Positions 10,351-20,816 are shown, numbered from the stretch's first letter. The stretch: DNA of 64,000 nucleotides from Gemmatimonadota bacterium (GCA_963666735.1 OY762926.1:544001-608000), one strand, 5' to 3'. A program made the numbers and translations. The notes: a model not told the origin generated them from the sequence alone.

Positions 10351-10606
10351 GAGTCTCCTCGCCGCTCCGGGCCCCGGATTTCGGCCCCGCCCGCGCGGGC
10401 CCGGCGCGCGTCGCCCGAGATGGCGCGCCGCGGCGGAGGAACTTACCATCCGGCGCGAAACGCCGCGTAGTTTCCTCTCGCGCGCCGCTGGGCTAGTTTT
10501 GCCTCCCTTTGCCACTTCGCAGCGACGGTCCCCGGCTCGGCCGGCGTCGCTCGGGCCCCGGCGCGGGCCGCGATCACGAGACCCACGAAGAACGGTGACA
10601 ATCTAG

Positions 10607-12301
10607 ATGTTCGGTTCGGTACGATGGCGATTGATCTGGATCGCCGTTCTGGTAGCTGTTTGCGGTTTCGCCCTGGTGCCCGAGACCATCGTGGACGAAG
10701 TCACGGGCGAATCCGAGCGGGTCTGGCCGCTCAAGCTCGGCCTGGACCTGCAGGGCGGCATGCACCTCGCGGTCGAGATCTACGACCCCGAAAACACCCT
10801 GAGCGGCGAGGACCTGAGCGACGCGGTCGAACGGACGCTCACCACGATCCGCAACCGGATCGACGAGTTCGGCGTCCGGGAGCCGACGATCCAGCGCTCC
10901 GGGAACCGCATCATCATCGAACTCGCGGGCGTGGACGATCCGGAACAGGCGAAGCGGATCGCCACGGAAACCGCGTTCATGGAGTTCAAGATCGTCACCG
11001 ACGGTCAGGAGTTCATGGACGCGCTGGAACGGGTCGACCGCGCGATCGTGAACGAGGTGGGCATCGAGAACCTCCGGGTCACGACGCTGGAGACGGAGCC
11101 GGAAGTCGACCTCAGCGACATCCTCGGCGGCGCCGCCGATTCCGCCGCCGCGGCGGATCCGGCCGCAGAAGCGGACCCGGCCGCCGACTCCGTGGCGACC
11201 GAAGAAGACGATGCGGCGACCGCGGACGCGGTGGACGAGAGCGCTGCGCGGCCGCTCTCGGCCCTTCTGGGGCAGGGACGGATCCTCGGTGAGTATCTCG
11301 TCCCGCAGGAAGACCAGCCCACCGTGGCGGCGTGGCTTGCACTCGAGAGCGTCCGGGACGCGCTCCCCAGGGGCGTCACGCTGCACTGGGGCGTGGAGCA
11401 GGTCGGGGCCGGCGCGGGATCCTACGTGCCGCTCTATGTGCTCGAGGCGGAGCCGCTCATCACGGGCGACATGCTTCAGGACGCGGGGCCGGCGAACCGT
11501 GACCCGACGTTCAACCAGCCGATCGTGCCCTTCGAGACGACCCGGCGCGGCTCGCGCGTCTTCGAACGCGGTACGGCGCGGAACATCGGCGAGAACATGG
11601 CCATCGTCCTCGACGACCGGGTCCAGAGCTACGCCGTCATCCGGAGCGTCCTGAGCCGCCGCGCCCAGATCGAGCTTACGCCCGGAGCCTCCTTCCAGGA
11701 GGCGCAGGAACTCGCGCTCGTCCTTCGGGCCGGCGCGCTGCCGATGCCGATCGAGGTGGTCGAGGAGCGCAACGTGAGCGCTTCGCTCGGCGAAGACTCG
11801 ATCCGCCAGGGCCGCACCGCCTTCATCATCGGGATCGTCGGCGTGATCATCCTGATGATGATCTACTACCGGGCGGCGGGAGTACTCGCCGTCGGGGCGC
11901 TGCTCACGTACGTCGTTTTCATGCTCGGCGGCCTGGCCGGCCTCGACGCGACGCTCACCCTGCCGGGCATCGCGGGCCTCATCCTCTCCATCGGGATGGC
12001 GGTGGACGCGAACGTCCTCATCTTCGAACGGGTGCGCGAGGAACTCGCGGCCGGGAAGACGCCGCGCACGGCGGTGGACGCGGGATTCGGCAACGCGCTG
12101 TCGGCGATCGTGGATGCGAACCTCACGACGCTCATCACCGGCATCATCCTCTTCCAGTTCGGGACCGGCGCGGTGCGGGGCTTCGCGGTCACGCTGTGCA
12201 TCGGGATCCTCGCATCGTTCTTCTCCGCGATCTACGTGACGCGGACGCTCTTCACCATGTACCTGAACCGACGAGGCTCCCGGGAGTCCGTGAGCATATA
12301 G
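10607..12301 (+). CDS. secD: protein translocase subunit SecD
   Basis: LKLGLDLQGG, RIDEFGVREP, LTLPGIAGLILSIGMAVDANVLIFERVREE. Confidence 0.97.
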   Translation: MFGSVRWRLIWIAVLVAVCGFALVPETIVDEVTGESERVWPLKLGLDLQGGMHLAVEIYDPENTLSGEDLSDAVERTLTTIRNRIDEFGVREPTIQRSGNRIIIELAGVDDPEQAKRIATETAFMEFKIVTDGQEFMDALERVDRAIVNEVGIENLRVTTLETEPEVDLSDILGGAADSAAAADPAAEADPAADSVATEEDDAATADAVDESAARPLSALLGQGRILGEYLVPQEDQPTVAAWLALESVRDALPRGVTLHWGVEQVGAGAGSYVPLYVLEAEPLITGDMLQDAGPANRDPTFNQPIVPFETTRRGSRVFERGTARNIGENMAIVLDDRVQSYAVIRSVLSRRAQIELTPGASFQEAQELALVLRAGALPMPIEVVEERNVSASLGEDSIRQGRTAFIIGIVGVIILMMIYYRAAGVLAVGALLTYVVFMLGGLAGLDATLTLPGIAGLILSIGMAVDANVLIFERVREELAAGKTPRTAVDAGFGNALSAIVDANLTTLITGIILFQFGTGAVRGFAVTLCIGILASFFSAIYVTRTLFTMYLNRRGSRESVSI

Positions 12302-12314
12302 GAACGACGTCATC

Positions 12315-13247
12315 ATGAGGGTCTTCCAGAACGCGAGCTACAAGTTCCTTTCCATGCGCCGGCCGGCGTACTTCGCATCGGCCGCGATCATCACGATCGG
12401 TCTCCTGTCGATCATCTTTCGCGGCGGGCTGCGGACGGGCGTGGAGTTCACCGGCGGCGTGCTCCTCGAGGTCCAGTTCTCGCAGACGACCGAGGTGGGC
12501 CAGATCCGCGACGCGCTGACGACGGGCGGCACGACGGGCGTCCAGATTCAGCAGCTGCGGACGGTCGGAGCGGAGACATACGACTTTCTGCTGCGCGTTC
12601 CGGTCGGGGAGGATGAGGACCAGAACGCGATCCGGGACCAGATCCGGGCGAGCCTCGAGACGCAGTACTCCGCGGGAAGCTTCGAGATTGCGCGCGGCGA
12701 TACGCTGAGCGCCAAGGTGGGCGACGAGTTCCAGCGCACCGCGGTCATCGCCGTGCTGCTTTCCTTCCTCCTGACCCTGATCTACCTCGCCTTCCGCTTC
12801 GAGTGGCGGTTCGGCGTGGCCGCCGTCATCGCGACGGTGCACGACATGTTCATCACGTTCGGGTTCATCTCGCTGCTGGATATCGAGATCAACCTCGCCA
12901 CGGTAGCCGCGATTCTCACGATCATCGGGTATTCGCTCAATGACACGATCGTCGTCTTCGACCGCGTGCGGGAGAATCTGAGGAAGAAGCGGAAGGAAGC
13001 GTACGACACGACGCTCAACCGCAGCCTGAACGAGACGCTGCCGCGAACGGTTCTCACCAGCGGCACGACGCTGATGGCGCTGCTGTCGCTGGTCGTGATC
13101 GGGGGCGCCGTGATTCGGCCCTTTGCCGGCGTGCTCATCATCGGAGTGCTCGTGGGGACGTATTCCTCGATCTTCGTGGCATCGCCCGTTCTCGTCGAGA
13201 TTCACGACCGGGCGCGCAAGCGCGCCGCGATCGCCGCCCGCGGCTAG
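12315..13247 (+). CDS. secF: protein translocase subunit SecF
   Basis: GVEFTGG and LTIIGYSLNDTIVVFDRVRE; follows secD. Confidence 0.97.
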   Translation: MRVFQNASYKFLSMRRPAYFASAAIITIGLLSIIFRGGLRTGVEFTGGVLLEVQFSQTTEVGQIRDALTTGGTTGVQIQQLRTVGAETYDFLLRVPVGEDEDQNAIRDQIRASLETQYSAGSFEIARGDTLSAKVGDEFQRTAVIAVLLSFLLTLIYLAFRFEWRFGVAAVIATVHDMFITFGFISLLDIEINLATVAAILTIIGYSLNDTIVVFDRVRENLRKKRKEAYDTTLNRSLNETLPRTVLTSGTTLMALLSLVVIGGAVIRPFAGVLIIGVLVGTYSSIFVASPVLVEIHDRARKRAAIAARG

Positions 13248-13263
13248 CCGCGGCGCGCCACGG

Positions 13264-14049
13264 GTGGCCGGGACCGAGCCCACGCTCTTCGATTCGCACC
13301 TCCATCTAACGGCGGCACGCTTCGGCCCCGACCTCGATGAGGTGGTGGACCGAGCCCACGCGCGGGGCGTGCGCGGCATGGTCACGGTCGCCTCGGACCC
13401 CGAGGACGCGGAGAAGGCTTCGGCGCTGGCCGCGCGGACGCCCGGCCTGTGGGCGACGGCCGGGCTCCATCCCCACTCGGCGGACCGGACCTCGGCCTCT
13501 CTCATGGGCGAGATCGAGCGCCTCGCCGAGGCCCCCGAAGTCGTCGCGATCGGCGAGACGGGTCTCGACTTCCACTACGACAATGCGGCCCGGCCGGCCC
13601 AGCTGGAGAACTTCGAGGCGCACCTCGGGATGGCGGCGCGGCTCGGCCTGCCGATCGTCGTGCATTCGCGCTCGGCGGAGACCGAGACGGCGGAGCGGGT
13701 GAGGGAGTACGGCGACGGTGCCGCCGGCGTGCTGCACTGCTTCACCGGAGGCGAAGCACTCCTCGATGCCGCCCTGGCTGCGGACTGGTACGTCTCCTTT
13801 TCGGGGCTCATCACGTTTGTCGCCGAACTGGCCGAATGGGCCCGCGCCGTGCCGGCCCACCGGCTCCTCATCGAGACGGACGCTCCCTATTTGGCGCCCG
13901 TCCCACGCCGCGGACGCCGAAACGAACCCGCCTACCTCACGCACACGTGCGAGCGGCTGGCGAAAGTGCGCGGCACGTCCTTCGAGGAAGCGGCGGCGCT
14001 CACGGCCCGCAACGCGCGCCGCTTCTACGGTCTGGAGGACGCGGTATGA
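13264..14049 (+). CDS. tatD: TatD family hydrolase
   Basis: DSHLHL, GLHPH, IGETGLDFHY, HCFTG, ETDAPYLAP, RNEPA. GTG start at 13264 inferred. Confidence 0.92.
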   Translation: MAGTEPTLFDSHLHLTAARFGPDLDEVVDRAHARGVRGMVTVASDPEDAEKASALAARTPGLWATAGLHPHSADRTSASLMGEIERLAEAPEVVAIGETGLDFHYDNAARPAQLENFEAHLGMAARLGLPIVVHSRSAETETAERVREYGDGAAGVLHCFTGGEALLDAALAADWYVSFSGLITFVAELAEWARAVPAHRLLIETDAPYLAPVPRRGRRNEPAYLTHTCERLAKVRGTSFEEAAALTARNARRFYGLEDAV

Positions 14050-15839
14050 ACCGCCCGGGGTCGGGCGGCGTGCAGATCCTGCCCGACCATGTCGCGAACC
14101 AGATCGCGGCCGGCGAGGTCGTGGAGCGTCCCGCCTCCGTCGTCAAGGAACTCGCCGAGAACGCGGTCGATGCGGGGGCGCGTCGCGTCGAGGTCGCGCT
14201 CCGCAACGGAGGGAAGACCGAGATCCGGGTCTCGGACGACGGGAGCGGGATGAATCGCGAGGACGCGGTGCTCGCTCTGGACCGGCACGCGACGAGCAAG
14301 ATCCGGAGCGTGGATGATCTGCGGAGCGTCCGCTCCTTCGGCTTCCGGGGCGAGGCGCTGCCCTCCATTGCGGCGGTCAGCCGTTTCGAACTGCATACGG
14401 CGCTGAGCCCGGAAGAGGGCGTGCGTGCGCGGGTCGATTTCGGGCGCATCCGCAGCGTCGATGACGTGCCGCGCCGGCGGGGCACGACGGTGACGGTCCG
14501 CGCGCTGTTCCACGATCTGCCGGCGCGCGCAAAGTTCCTCGGGAGTTCGGCCGCCGAGTCCCGGGCCGCGGGCGAAGCGCTCGTGCTCCTCGCGCTTGCG
14601 AACCCCGCCGTCGGTTTCCGGCTCGAGTCGAACCGCCGCGCCTCCATGGATCTCGCCCCCGCCCGGGACTGGCTCGAACGGATCGGCCAGCTTTGGGGAG
14701 ACCTCGCCCCCACGCTCATTCCCGTGGAAGATGCGGGCGGCCCCGTGCGGGTCCGAGGCTTCGTCCAGCGGCCCGATGCGGCGCGCGCGAGGGGAGGGCG
14801 CCGCTACACGTTCGTGAACGGCCGCCCCTTTCGGGATCCCGCTCTCCTGCGGCTGGTGGATGACGCGTTCCGGACGACGGTCGTGGAGGGCGTTCGGCCG
14901 AGTCTCTTCCTGCGGATCGAGACGCCGCCCGCATCGGTGGATGTCAACGTCCACCCGGCCAAGGCGGAGGTGCGGTTCCGTGACCGCGAGAGCGTCGAGA
15001 CCGCCGTGCACGACGCGGTGCGGGCCGCGCTGGCGCGGCTCGATTCGACGAAACCGATGGGAGTCCCCGGCGACGCGGCCGACCCGGAGCGAGCCGATCG
15101 AACGTCCTCCCGCGGCCGCGCCCGGATACCCCGCGGCGAGCCGCCCGCGGAGATGCCGCAGTTCACGCTCTTCGTCTCGGGGCGCGACGACGCGGGCGAG
15201 CCGCCCGAGCCGGGGGGCGAAGCCGGCGCGAGCGGGGAGGGGGTCGCGGCCGAGGCTCCGTTCGTCGGCCCGGAACTGTGGCAACTCCACGACCGTTACA
15301 TTCTCGCGGCAACCCGCAACGGGCTCCTCATCGTCGACCAGCACTCGGCGCACGAACGCGTGCTCTACGAGGAGATCATGGCGCGGTTCGAGGCGGGGGG
15401 CGGCATCTCCCAGGCGCTCCTCTTTCCGGTCACCATGCAGTTCTCGCCTCCGGAAGCCGAGGCGCTCGAGGATCTCGCCGGATTGCTCGTTCGGCAGGGC
15501 TTCGAGCTGGAGCCGTTCGGCGAGCGGACCTGGATTCTGACGGCGGCCCCGCAGCCCCACGCCCGCTTCGACGCGGAGCGCTGCCTGCGCGAGATGGTGC
15601 GCGAACTGGCGGAGGGATCCCCGCTGGTGAATACGGCGCGCAGCCAGCACGAGCGCCTCGCGATGAGTATGGCGTGCAAGGGCGCGATCAAGGCGGGCGA
15701 GCACATCTCGCCGGAAGAGGCGAGGGAACTCTTCGACCGGTTGTTCGCCACCCCGCTGCCCGGACACGACGTCCATGGCCGCCCGACGATCGTGCGCCTG
15801 AGCGTCGAGGAGCTCGACCGGCGGTTCGGCCGCGGGTAG
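14046..15839 (+). CDS. mutL: DNA mismatch repair endonuclease MutL
   Basis: QIAAGEVVERPASVVKEL, HATSKI, GFRGEALPSI, DVNVHPAK, DQHSAHER. ATGA overlap with tatD. Confidence 0.97.
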   Translation: MNRPGSGGVQILPDHVANQIAAGEVVERPASVVKELAENAVDAGARRVEVALRNGGKTEIRVSDDGSGMNREDAVLALDRHATSKIRSVDDLRSVRSFGFRGEALPSIAAVSRFELHTALSPEEGVRARVDFGRIRSVDDVPRRRGTTVTVRALFHDLPARAKFLGSSAAESRAAGEALVLLALANPAVGFRLESNRRASMDLAPARDWLERIGQLWGDLAPTLIPVEDAGGPVRVRGFVQRPDAARARGGRRYTFVNGRPFRDPALLRLVDDAFRTTVVEGVRPSLFLRIETPPASVDVNVHPAKAEVRFRDRESVETAVHDAVRAALARLDSTKPMGVPGDAADPERADRTSSRGRARIPRGEPPAEMPQFTLFVSGRDDAGEPPEPGGEAGASGEGVAAEAPFVGPELWQLHDRYILAATRNGLLIVDQHSAHERVLYEEIMARFEAGGGISQALLFPVTMQFSPPEAEALEDLAGLLVRQGFELEPFGERTWILTAAPQPHARFDAERCLREMVRELAEGSPLVNTARSQHERLAMSMACKGAIKAGEHISPEEARELFDRLFATPLPGHDVHGRPTIVRLSVEELDRRFGRG

Positions 15840-15850
15840 GCGCCGCGCTC

Positions 15851-16795
15851 GTGGGGAGTTCTCCCGTGCCGGCCATCGCGGGCCCTACCGCCTCGGGCAA
15901 GACGTCCGTCGCCATCGAGGTCGCGCGCCGGCTGGACGGCGAGATCATCTCTCTGGACAGCCGCCAGGCGTACCGCGGCTTCGTCATCGGGACCGCGGCG
16001 CCCTCCGCGCGTGAACTCGCCGCCGCGCCGCACCACGGCGTCGGCTTTCTCGACCCGCACGAGCGCTACGGCGCCGGTCGCTTCGCCCGCCTGGCGGCTC
16101 GCTGGCTGTCCGAGATCCGGGCTCGGGGGTGCGTCCCCATCCTCGCCGGCGGGACCGGGCTGTTCCTTCGTGCGCTCACGCACCCGATGTTCGAGGAGCC
16201 CCCGCTTGACCCGGCGCGCCGCGCGGCGCTGCACGCCGGGCTGGACCGGCTCGAACGCGATGAACTGGTGCGCTGGGCGGCCCGCCTCGATCCGGTGCTG
16301 GCTGCGCGGCGGCGCCCGCTCGACCGGCAGCGAGCGGCGCGCACGGTGGAACTGGCGCTCCTGACGGGTGTGCCGCTGACCCGCTGGATGACGAGCGCGC
16401 CGGCCGAGCGTCCGCCGCTGCGGACCGCGACCTATGTGCTGGATTGGCCCGCGCCGCTCCTCCGCGAGCGGATCGCCCGCCGCGCCGAAGCGTTGATCCG
16501 GGGCGGCGCCTGGCCGGAGGAGGTGCGCGACCTCCTGGCACGCGGCCTCGACGGGTCGCGCGCCTTCGACGCGCTGGGCTACGCGGATGTCGCGGCGCTC
16601 GTCCGGGGCGAGGCCGGCGTGGACGAGACGGTCGATCGCGTGTCGAGAGCCACCTGGCGCTACGCGCGCCGGCAGCGGACGTGGTTCAGGCACCAAGTCC
16701 CCGAGGACGCGGTCGTGCTCGATTCGCTGGACGGGTCGACGACACCGGGACAACTTGCGCGCCGCATCGCAACAGACTGGCGCGAATCAGGATGA
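15851..16795 (+). CDS. miaA: tRNA dimethylallyltransferase
   Basis: GPTASGKT, ISLDSRQAY, GGTGLF, YARRQRTWF. Start approximate (GTG 15851 or 15866). Confidence 0.93.
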   Translation: MGSSPVPAIAGPTASGKTSVAIEVARRLDGEIISLDSRQAYRGFVIGTAAPSARELAAAPHHGVGFLDPHERYGAGRFARLAARWLSEIRARGCVPILAGGTGLFLRALTHPMFEEPPLDPARRAALHAGLDRLERDELVRWAARLDPVLAARRRPLDRQRAARTVELALLTGVPLTRWMTSAPAERPPLRTATYVLDWPAPLLRERIARRAEALIRGGAWPEEVRDLLARGLDGSRAFDALGYADVAALVRGEAGVDETVDRVSRATWRYARRQRTWFRHQVPEDAVVLDSLDGSTTPGQLARRIATDWRESG

Positions 16796-16828
16796 AGACG
16801 GGACGGTGAAGACGATGACGGGGGGACG

Positions 16829-17986
16829 ATGAAGATCGGGATCACGTGCTATCCGACATACGGAGGCTCCGGGGCGGTCGCCACCGAGCTGGGGCTGGGC
16901 CTCGCGCGCAGGGGGCACGAGGTACACTTCATCTCCTATGCGCAGCCGTTCCGTCTCATTCACTTCATCGATGGCGTCTACTTCCACGAAGTCGAGGTCA
17001 ACCGCTACCCGCTGTTCGAATACCCCCCCTATTCGCTCGCGCTTGCCGTCACGATGCACGAAGTCGCACGGCGCGAGGCACTCGACCTCCTCCATGTGCA
17101 CTACGCGATCCCCCACGCCACGGCCGGATGGATCGCGCGCGACATGCTGCGGGACGGAGGCCGCGACGTGAAGCTCGTCACGACCCTGCACGGCACGGAC
17201 ATCACGCTCGTCGGCCAGGATCCGTCCTACTGGTCGATCACCCGCTTCTCGATCGAGAAGTCCGACCGGATCACCGCCGTCTCCGACTGGTTGCGCGAGC
17301 GGACGCACCGCGACTTCGACTGCGAACGCTGCGCGATCGAGGTCATCCCGAACTTCGTCGACCCGAAGATCTACGACCGCGACCGCTACCGGGGCCGGCA
17401 CCTCCTCGCACGGGCCGGAGAAAAGGTCGTGATGCACATCTCCAATTTCCGGGCCGTGAAGCGGATTCCGGACCTCATGCAGGTGTTTGCCCGGGTCGCG
17501 CACGCCGTGCCGGCTCGCCTCATCCTCGTGGGCGACGGTCCGGAGCGGCAGCGCGCCGCGGAGATTGCCGCGGACCTGGGTATCGCGGAGCGCGTCGTCT
17601 TCCTGGGCAAGATCGATTCCGTCGCCGAACTCCTCGCCAGCGCCGACCTCTTTCTCCTCCCGAGCGAGCAGGAATCCTTCGGTCTCGTGGCGCTGGAAGC
17701 GCAGGCGTCCGGCGTTCCCGTGGTGGGATCCTCCGGAACGGGCCTCGACGAGGTGGTGGAGCACGGCGTGACCGGCTACCTGCATCCGGTCGGAGCGGTC
17801 GAAGCGATGGCGGCATCGGCGATCTCGGTGCTGAGCGATCAGGCGCGCTGGGACGCGTTCTCCGGCGCGTCGCGGGATCGGGCCCTCGAACGCTTCACGA
17901 TTGACCGCATCGTCCCCCGCTACGAGTCGCTCTACCGCAGAGTCCTCGCCGAAGGGGATGACGACCCGGGGGAGCCGGCGGCGTGA
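16829..17986 (+). CDS. bshA: N-acetyl-alpha-D-glucosaminyl L-malate synthase (bacillithiol biosynthesis)
   Basis: MKIGITCYPTYGGSG, HVHYAIPHA, TTLHGTDIT, HISNFRAVKR, ESFGLVALEA. Confidence 0.92.
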   Translation: MKIGITCYPTYGGSGAVATELGLGLARRGHEVHFISYAQPFRLIHFIDGVYFHEVEVNRYPLFEYPPYSLALAVTMHEVARREALDLLHVHYAIPHATAGWIARDMLRDGGRDVKLVTTLHGTDITLVGQDPSYWSITRFSIEKSDRITAVSDWLRERTHRDFDCERCAIEVIPNFVDPKIYDRDRYRGRHLLARAGEKVVMHISNFRAVKRIPDLMQVFARVAHAVPARLILVGDGPERQRAAEIAADLGIAERVVFLGKIDSVAELLASADLFLLPSEQESFGLVALEAQASGVPVVGSSGTGLDEVVEHGVTGYLHPVGAVEAMAASAISVLSDQARWDAFSGASRDRALERFTIDRIVPRYESLYRRVLAEGDDDPGEPAA

Positions 17987-18783
17987 ACCCGTTCGAAGCC
18001 TTTGTCCTCGGCGTCGTCCAGGGCCTCACGGAGTTCCTGCCCGTGTCGAGTTCCGGGCATCTCGTGCTCGGGCAGGCGCTGTTCGGGGTCGAGCTCCCCG
18101 GGGTCGTGTTCGAGGTCACCGTCCACGTCGCGACGCTGTGCGCCGTGTGCTGGGTCTATCGCGGACGCGTCGCCGCGCTGGTGCGGGGCGCGTGTACGGG
18201 GGATCGAGCGAGCATGAGGGATGTCGGACTCCTGGCCGTGGCCACGCTTCCGGCCGCCGCCGTCGGGGTCGGCCTGCGGGACGCGCTGGAGCCCACGTTC
18301 GAGCGGCCGGTGCTCGCGGCGGCGATGCTTCTGGTCACGGGCACCGTCGTCTGGTCGATCCGGCACCTGTCTCGCCGGGCAACTGGCGCGCGGCCGACGG
18401 CCGGCGGGGCGCTGGCGATCGGTCTCGCGCAGGCCGCCGCCATCCTGCCCGGCATTTCGCGTTCGGGGAGTACCGTGGCCGCGGCGGCCGCCGCCGGCGT
18501 CGAACCCCGCCGCGCGGCCGAGTTCTCCTTTCTCCTCTCCATCCCCGCGATCGGAGGGGCGGCGGTGTTGCAGGCGCCGGATCTCGGGGAGGCGGGACTC
18601 GCGGTCGGGGTTCTGCCCCTCGCGGTCGCCTTCGCAGCTTCGGCCCTGTCAGGGGTCTTCGCCATTCGTATCTTCCTGAGGATGCTTGAACGGCGCGTAT
18701 TCCACCGCTTCGCCTGGTACTGCTGGTTCATCGGCGGGGGGTACCTTGCGGCGGCCGCGATCTGGCCGGCGCTTCGCGGATGA
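17983..18783 (+). CDS. uppP: undecaprenyl-diphosphate phosphatase
   Basis: QGLTEFLPVSSSGH, PGISRSG, FSFLLSIP. Confidence 0.95.
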   Translation: MNPFEAFVLGVVQGLTEFLPVSSSGHLVLGQALFGVELPGVVFEVTVHVATLCAVCWVYRGRVAALVRGACTGDRASMRDVGLLAVATLPAAAVGVGLRDALEPTFERPVLAAAMLLVTGTVVWSIRHLSRRATGARPTAGGALAIGLAQAAAILPGISRSGSTVAAAAAAGVEPRRAAEFSFLLSIPAIGGAAVLQAPDLGEAGLAVGVLPLAVAFAASALSGVFAIRIFLRMLERRVFHRFAWYCWFIGGGYLAAAAIWPALRG

Positions 18784-18790
18784 CCGTTGA

Positions 18791-19609
18791 ATGACTGAAG
18801 TCGGAGCGACGATGCTCGCAGAAGAGGCAGAAGGCTGGGCCGGGGAGCCCGTCGCCGCGCTGCGTGAGCGCTGGGACCGGGAGCCGGTCTTCGCCTTCGG
18901 CCGCATCCCTTCGACGAACGATCTCGCCCGTGAACTGGCGGAAGCCGGAACGCCGTCCGGCACGATCGTGCTCTGCCACGAGCAGACGGCCGGGCGGGGA
19001 AGGGCGGGCCGGAATTGGAGGTCACCGGCGGGAGCGGGCCTCTATCTCAGCATGGTGTTTCGCCCGAGTGCGGCCGCGGTGCCGCCGCTCGTCACGGTCG
19101 TGGCCGGCGTCGATCTCGCCCGCGAACTGAACCGGCGCTTCCCGGGCCTCGGCTTGGCCGTGAAGTGGCCCAACGACCTCATGGCGCGGGAGCGGAAGCT
19201 CGGCGGCATCCTGGCGGAGACGACCCGGGACGGCGGCAGGGATGTGTTCCTCGTCGTCGGCGTCGGCGTCAACGTCGAGGCCGGCCGGCTGCCGAACGAT
19301 GTCGACGGAGCGGTGGCCCTGGCCGACTGCGTGGATCCGGCGCCTCTCGTCGACGTCGCGGATGCGGTCGTGGCGGGACTCGAGCGGCGGCTCCCGCGCG
19401 TGCCGACTTCGCTCGACGCGGCGTCGCTCGATGAACTCGACCGTCTCGACTGGTTGAAGAATCGCTGGGTCGAGCACCGGCTCTCGGACCGCGAACCCGC
19501 CATCGGCCTCGCGGCCGGCATCGCCCCGGACGGCGCCCTCCTGCTGCGGCCGCGCGGGGGTGCCCTGCGCCGTGTCGTCGCGGGCTCCATCGCTCTTGGC
19601 GGAAGCTGA
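18791..19609 (+). CDS. birA: biotin--[acetyl-CoA-carboxylase] ligase (no N-terminal HTH)
   Basis: STND, QTAGRGRAGRNW, KWPND, KLGGIL. Confidence 0.93.
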   Translation: MTEVGATMLAEEAEGWAGEPVAALRERWDREPVFAFGRIPSTNDLARELAEAGTPSGTIVLCHEQTAGRGRAGRNWRSPAGAGLYLSMVFRPSAAAVPPLVTVVAGVDLARELNRRFPGLGLAVKWPNDLMARERKLGGILAETTRDGGRDVFLVVGVGVNVEAGRLPNDVDGAVALADCVDPAPLVDVADAVVAGLERRLPRVPTSLDAASLDELDRLDWLKNRWVEHRLSDREPAIGLAAGIAPDGALLLRPRGGALRRVVAGSIALGGS

Positions 19610-19613
19610 TCTC

Positions 19614-20384
19614 ATGCTCCTCACCGTAGACATCGGGAATACCGAATCCGTCCTCGGGTGGTTCGAGGATCTCACCCCCGTGCACACGTGGCGGATCTCG
19701 ACGGACCGGCGTCGAACGGCGGACGAGATCGGCTTCCAGCTGCGGGGGCTCCTCGGGGCGCGGAAACTGCCGGCTCCGGAGCGGATCGTCGTCGCCTCCG
19801 TCGTCCCCGCGCTGCACCGGGTCTGGCTGGCGGCGGGAAAAAGCCTCGACGCGCCGCTGCGCTTCCTCAACGGCGGTTCTCCCATCCCGGTCCGGCTGGA
19901 TGTCGACCACCCGCTCGAAGTCGGCGCGGATCGCATCGCGAATACGCTCGCCGCGGCGGAACTCTACCGTCGCGACACCGTCGTCGTGGATCTCGGGACG
20001 GCGACCACCTTCGATTGCATTACGGCGGATGGCGTCTTCGTGGGCGGAGTCATCGCGCCCGGTCCCACGGCCGGCACGGACCAGCTCGCGCGCGCGACGG
20101 CGCAACTCCCCCAGATCCATGTGGAGAAGCCGGCCCGGGTCATCGGCCGCAACACGCAGGACTGTCTCTTGAGCGGCGGGTTCTACTCGGTGGTGGAAGG
20201 GATCGACGGCATCGTGGCGCGGATCGTCGAGGAATGGGAGCGCGAGCCGCTCATCGTCGCGACGGGCGGACTCGCGCGGGTCGTGGGGCCGCACTGCCGC
20301 ACCGTGGACCGCATCGAGCCGGCGCTCACGATCACCGGCCTCGCGATCGCGGACCGATACCTGTTCGGGCCGCCCGCCGGCTAG
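19614..20384 (+). CDS. coaX: type III pantothenate kinase
   Basis: VDIGNT, GADRIAN, DLGTATT, GGVIAPG, ATGG. Confidence 0.95.
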   Translation: MLLTVDIGNTESVLGWFEDLTPVHTWRISTDRRRTADEIGFQLRGLLGARKLPAPERIVVASVVPALHRVWLAAGKSLDAPLRFLNGGSPIPVRLDVDHPLEVGADRIANTLAAAELYRRDTVVVDLGTATTFDCITADGVFVGGVIAPGPTAGTDQLARATAQLPQIHVEKPARVIGRNTQDCLLSGGFYSVVEGIDGIVARIVEEWEREPLIVATGGLARVVGPHCRTVDRIEPALTITGLAIADRYLFGPPAG

Positions 20385-20387
20385 CGG

Positions 20388-20612
20388 CTAGCTTCCGGAG
20401 CCGCGGAAGAAAGCGGCGCCTCCGCAGCACTTCTCCTTCATCTTTTCCGCGAACTCAGGATTGATCATCCGCACGATCAGGTAGAAGATCGCGACGAAGA
20501 GCGCGACCTTAACGACCATCCACACCAGGGGCAGGACGACGGAGAAGAGGATTCCCGTCACCCACAGACCCGCCGCGCCCGCGGCCACAAGCACTACTGC
20601 TGCACGAAACAT
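20388..20612 (-). CDS. small hypothetical membrane protein (2 TM)
   Basis: RBS GGGAGG before ATG 20612; two hydrophobic helices. Confidence 0.7.
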   Translation of the reverse strand: MFRAAVVLVAAGAAGLWVTGILFSVVLPLVWMVVKVALFVAIFYLIVRMINPEFAEKMKEKCCGGAAFFRGSGS

Positions 20613-20751
20613 GTCGACCTCCCTTTCTGGCCCGCACGTACGATAGGTGTACGGGGCGGGTTTCATAACCCCCGGACCGGTTCCGCGGCCGGCCCGCCGC
20701 CCGATGCCGCCGCCGCTCTTGCCGCCGCTCCCGCCGGCCGGCCGACGCCTC

Positions 20752-20780
20752 TTGATCGGAGCGGTGCGTCCGCATATGTT
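20752..20780 (+). promoter_or_regulatory. sigma70-type promoter of groESL
   Basis: TTGATC-17 nt-TATGTT just upstream of CIRCE. Confidence 0.6.
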
Positions 20781-20789
20781 CGGCTCGCC

Positions 20790-20816
20790 TTAGCACTCGT
20801 TGCGCCAGAGTGCTAA
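20790..20816. promoter_or_regulatory. CIRCE element (HrcA operator)
   Basis: Exact TTAGCACTC-N9-GAGTGCTAA upstream of groES. Confidence 0.97.
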
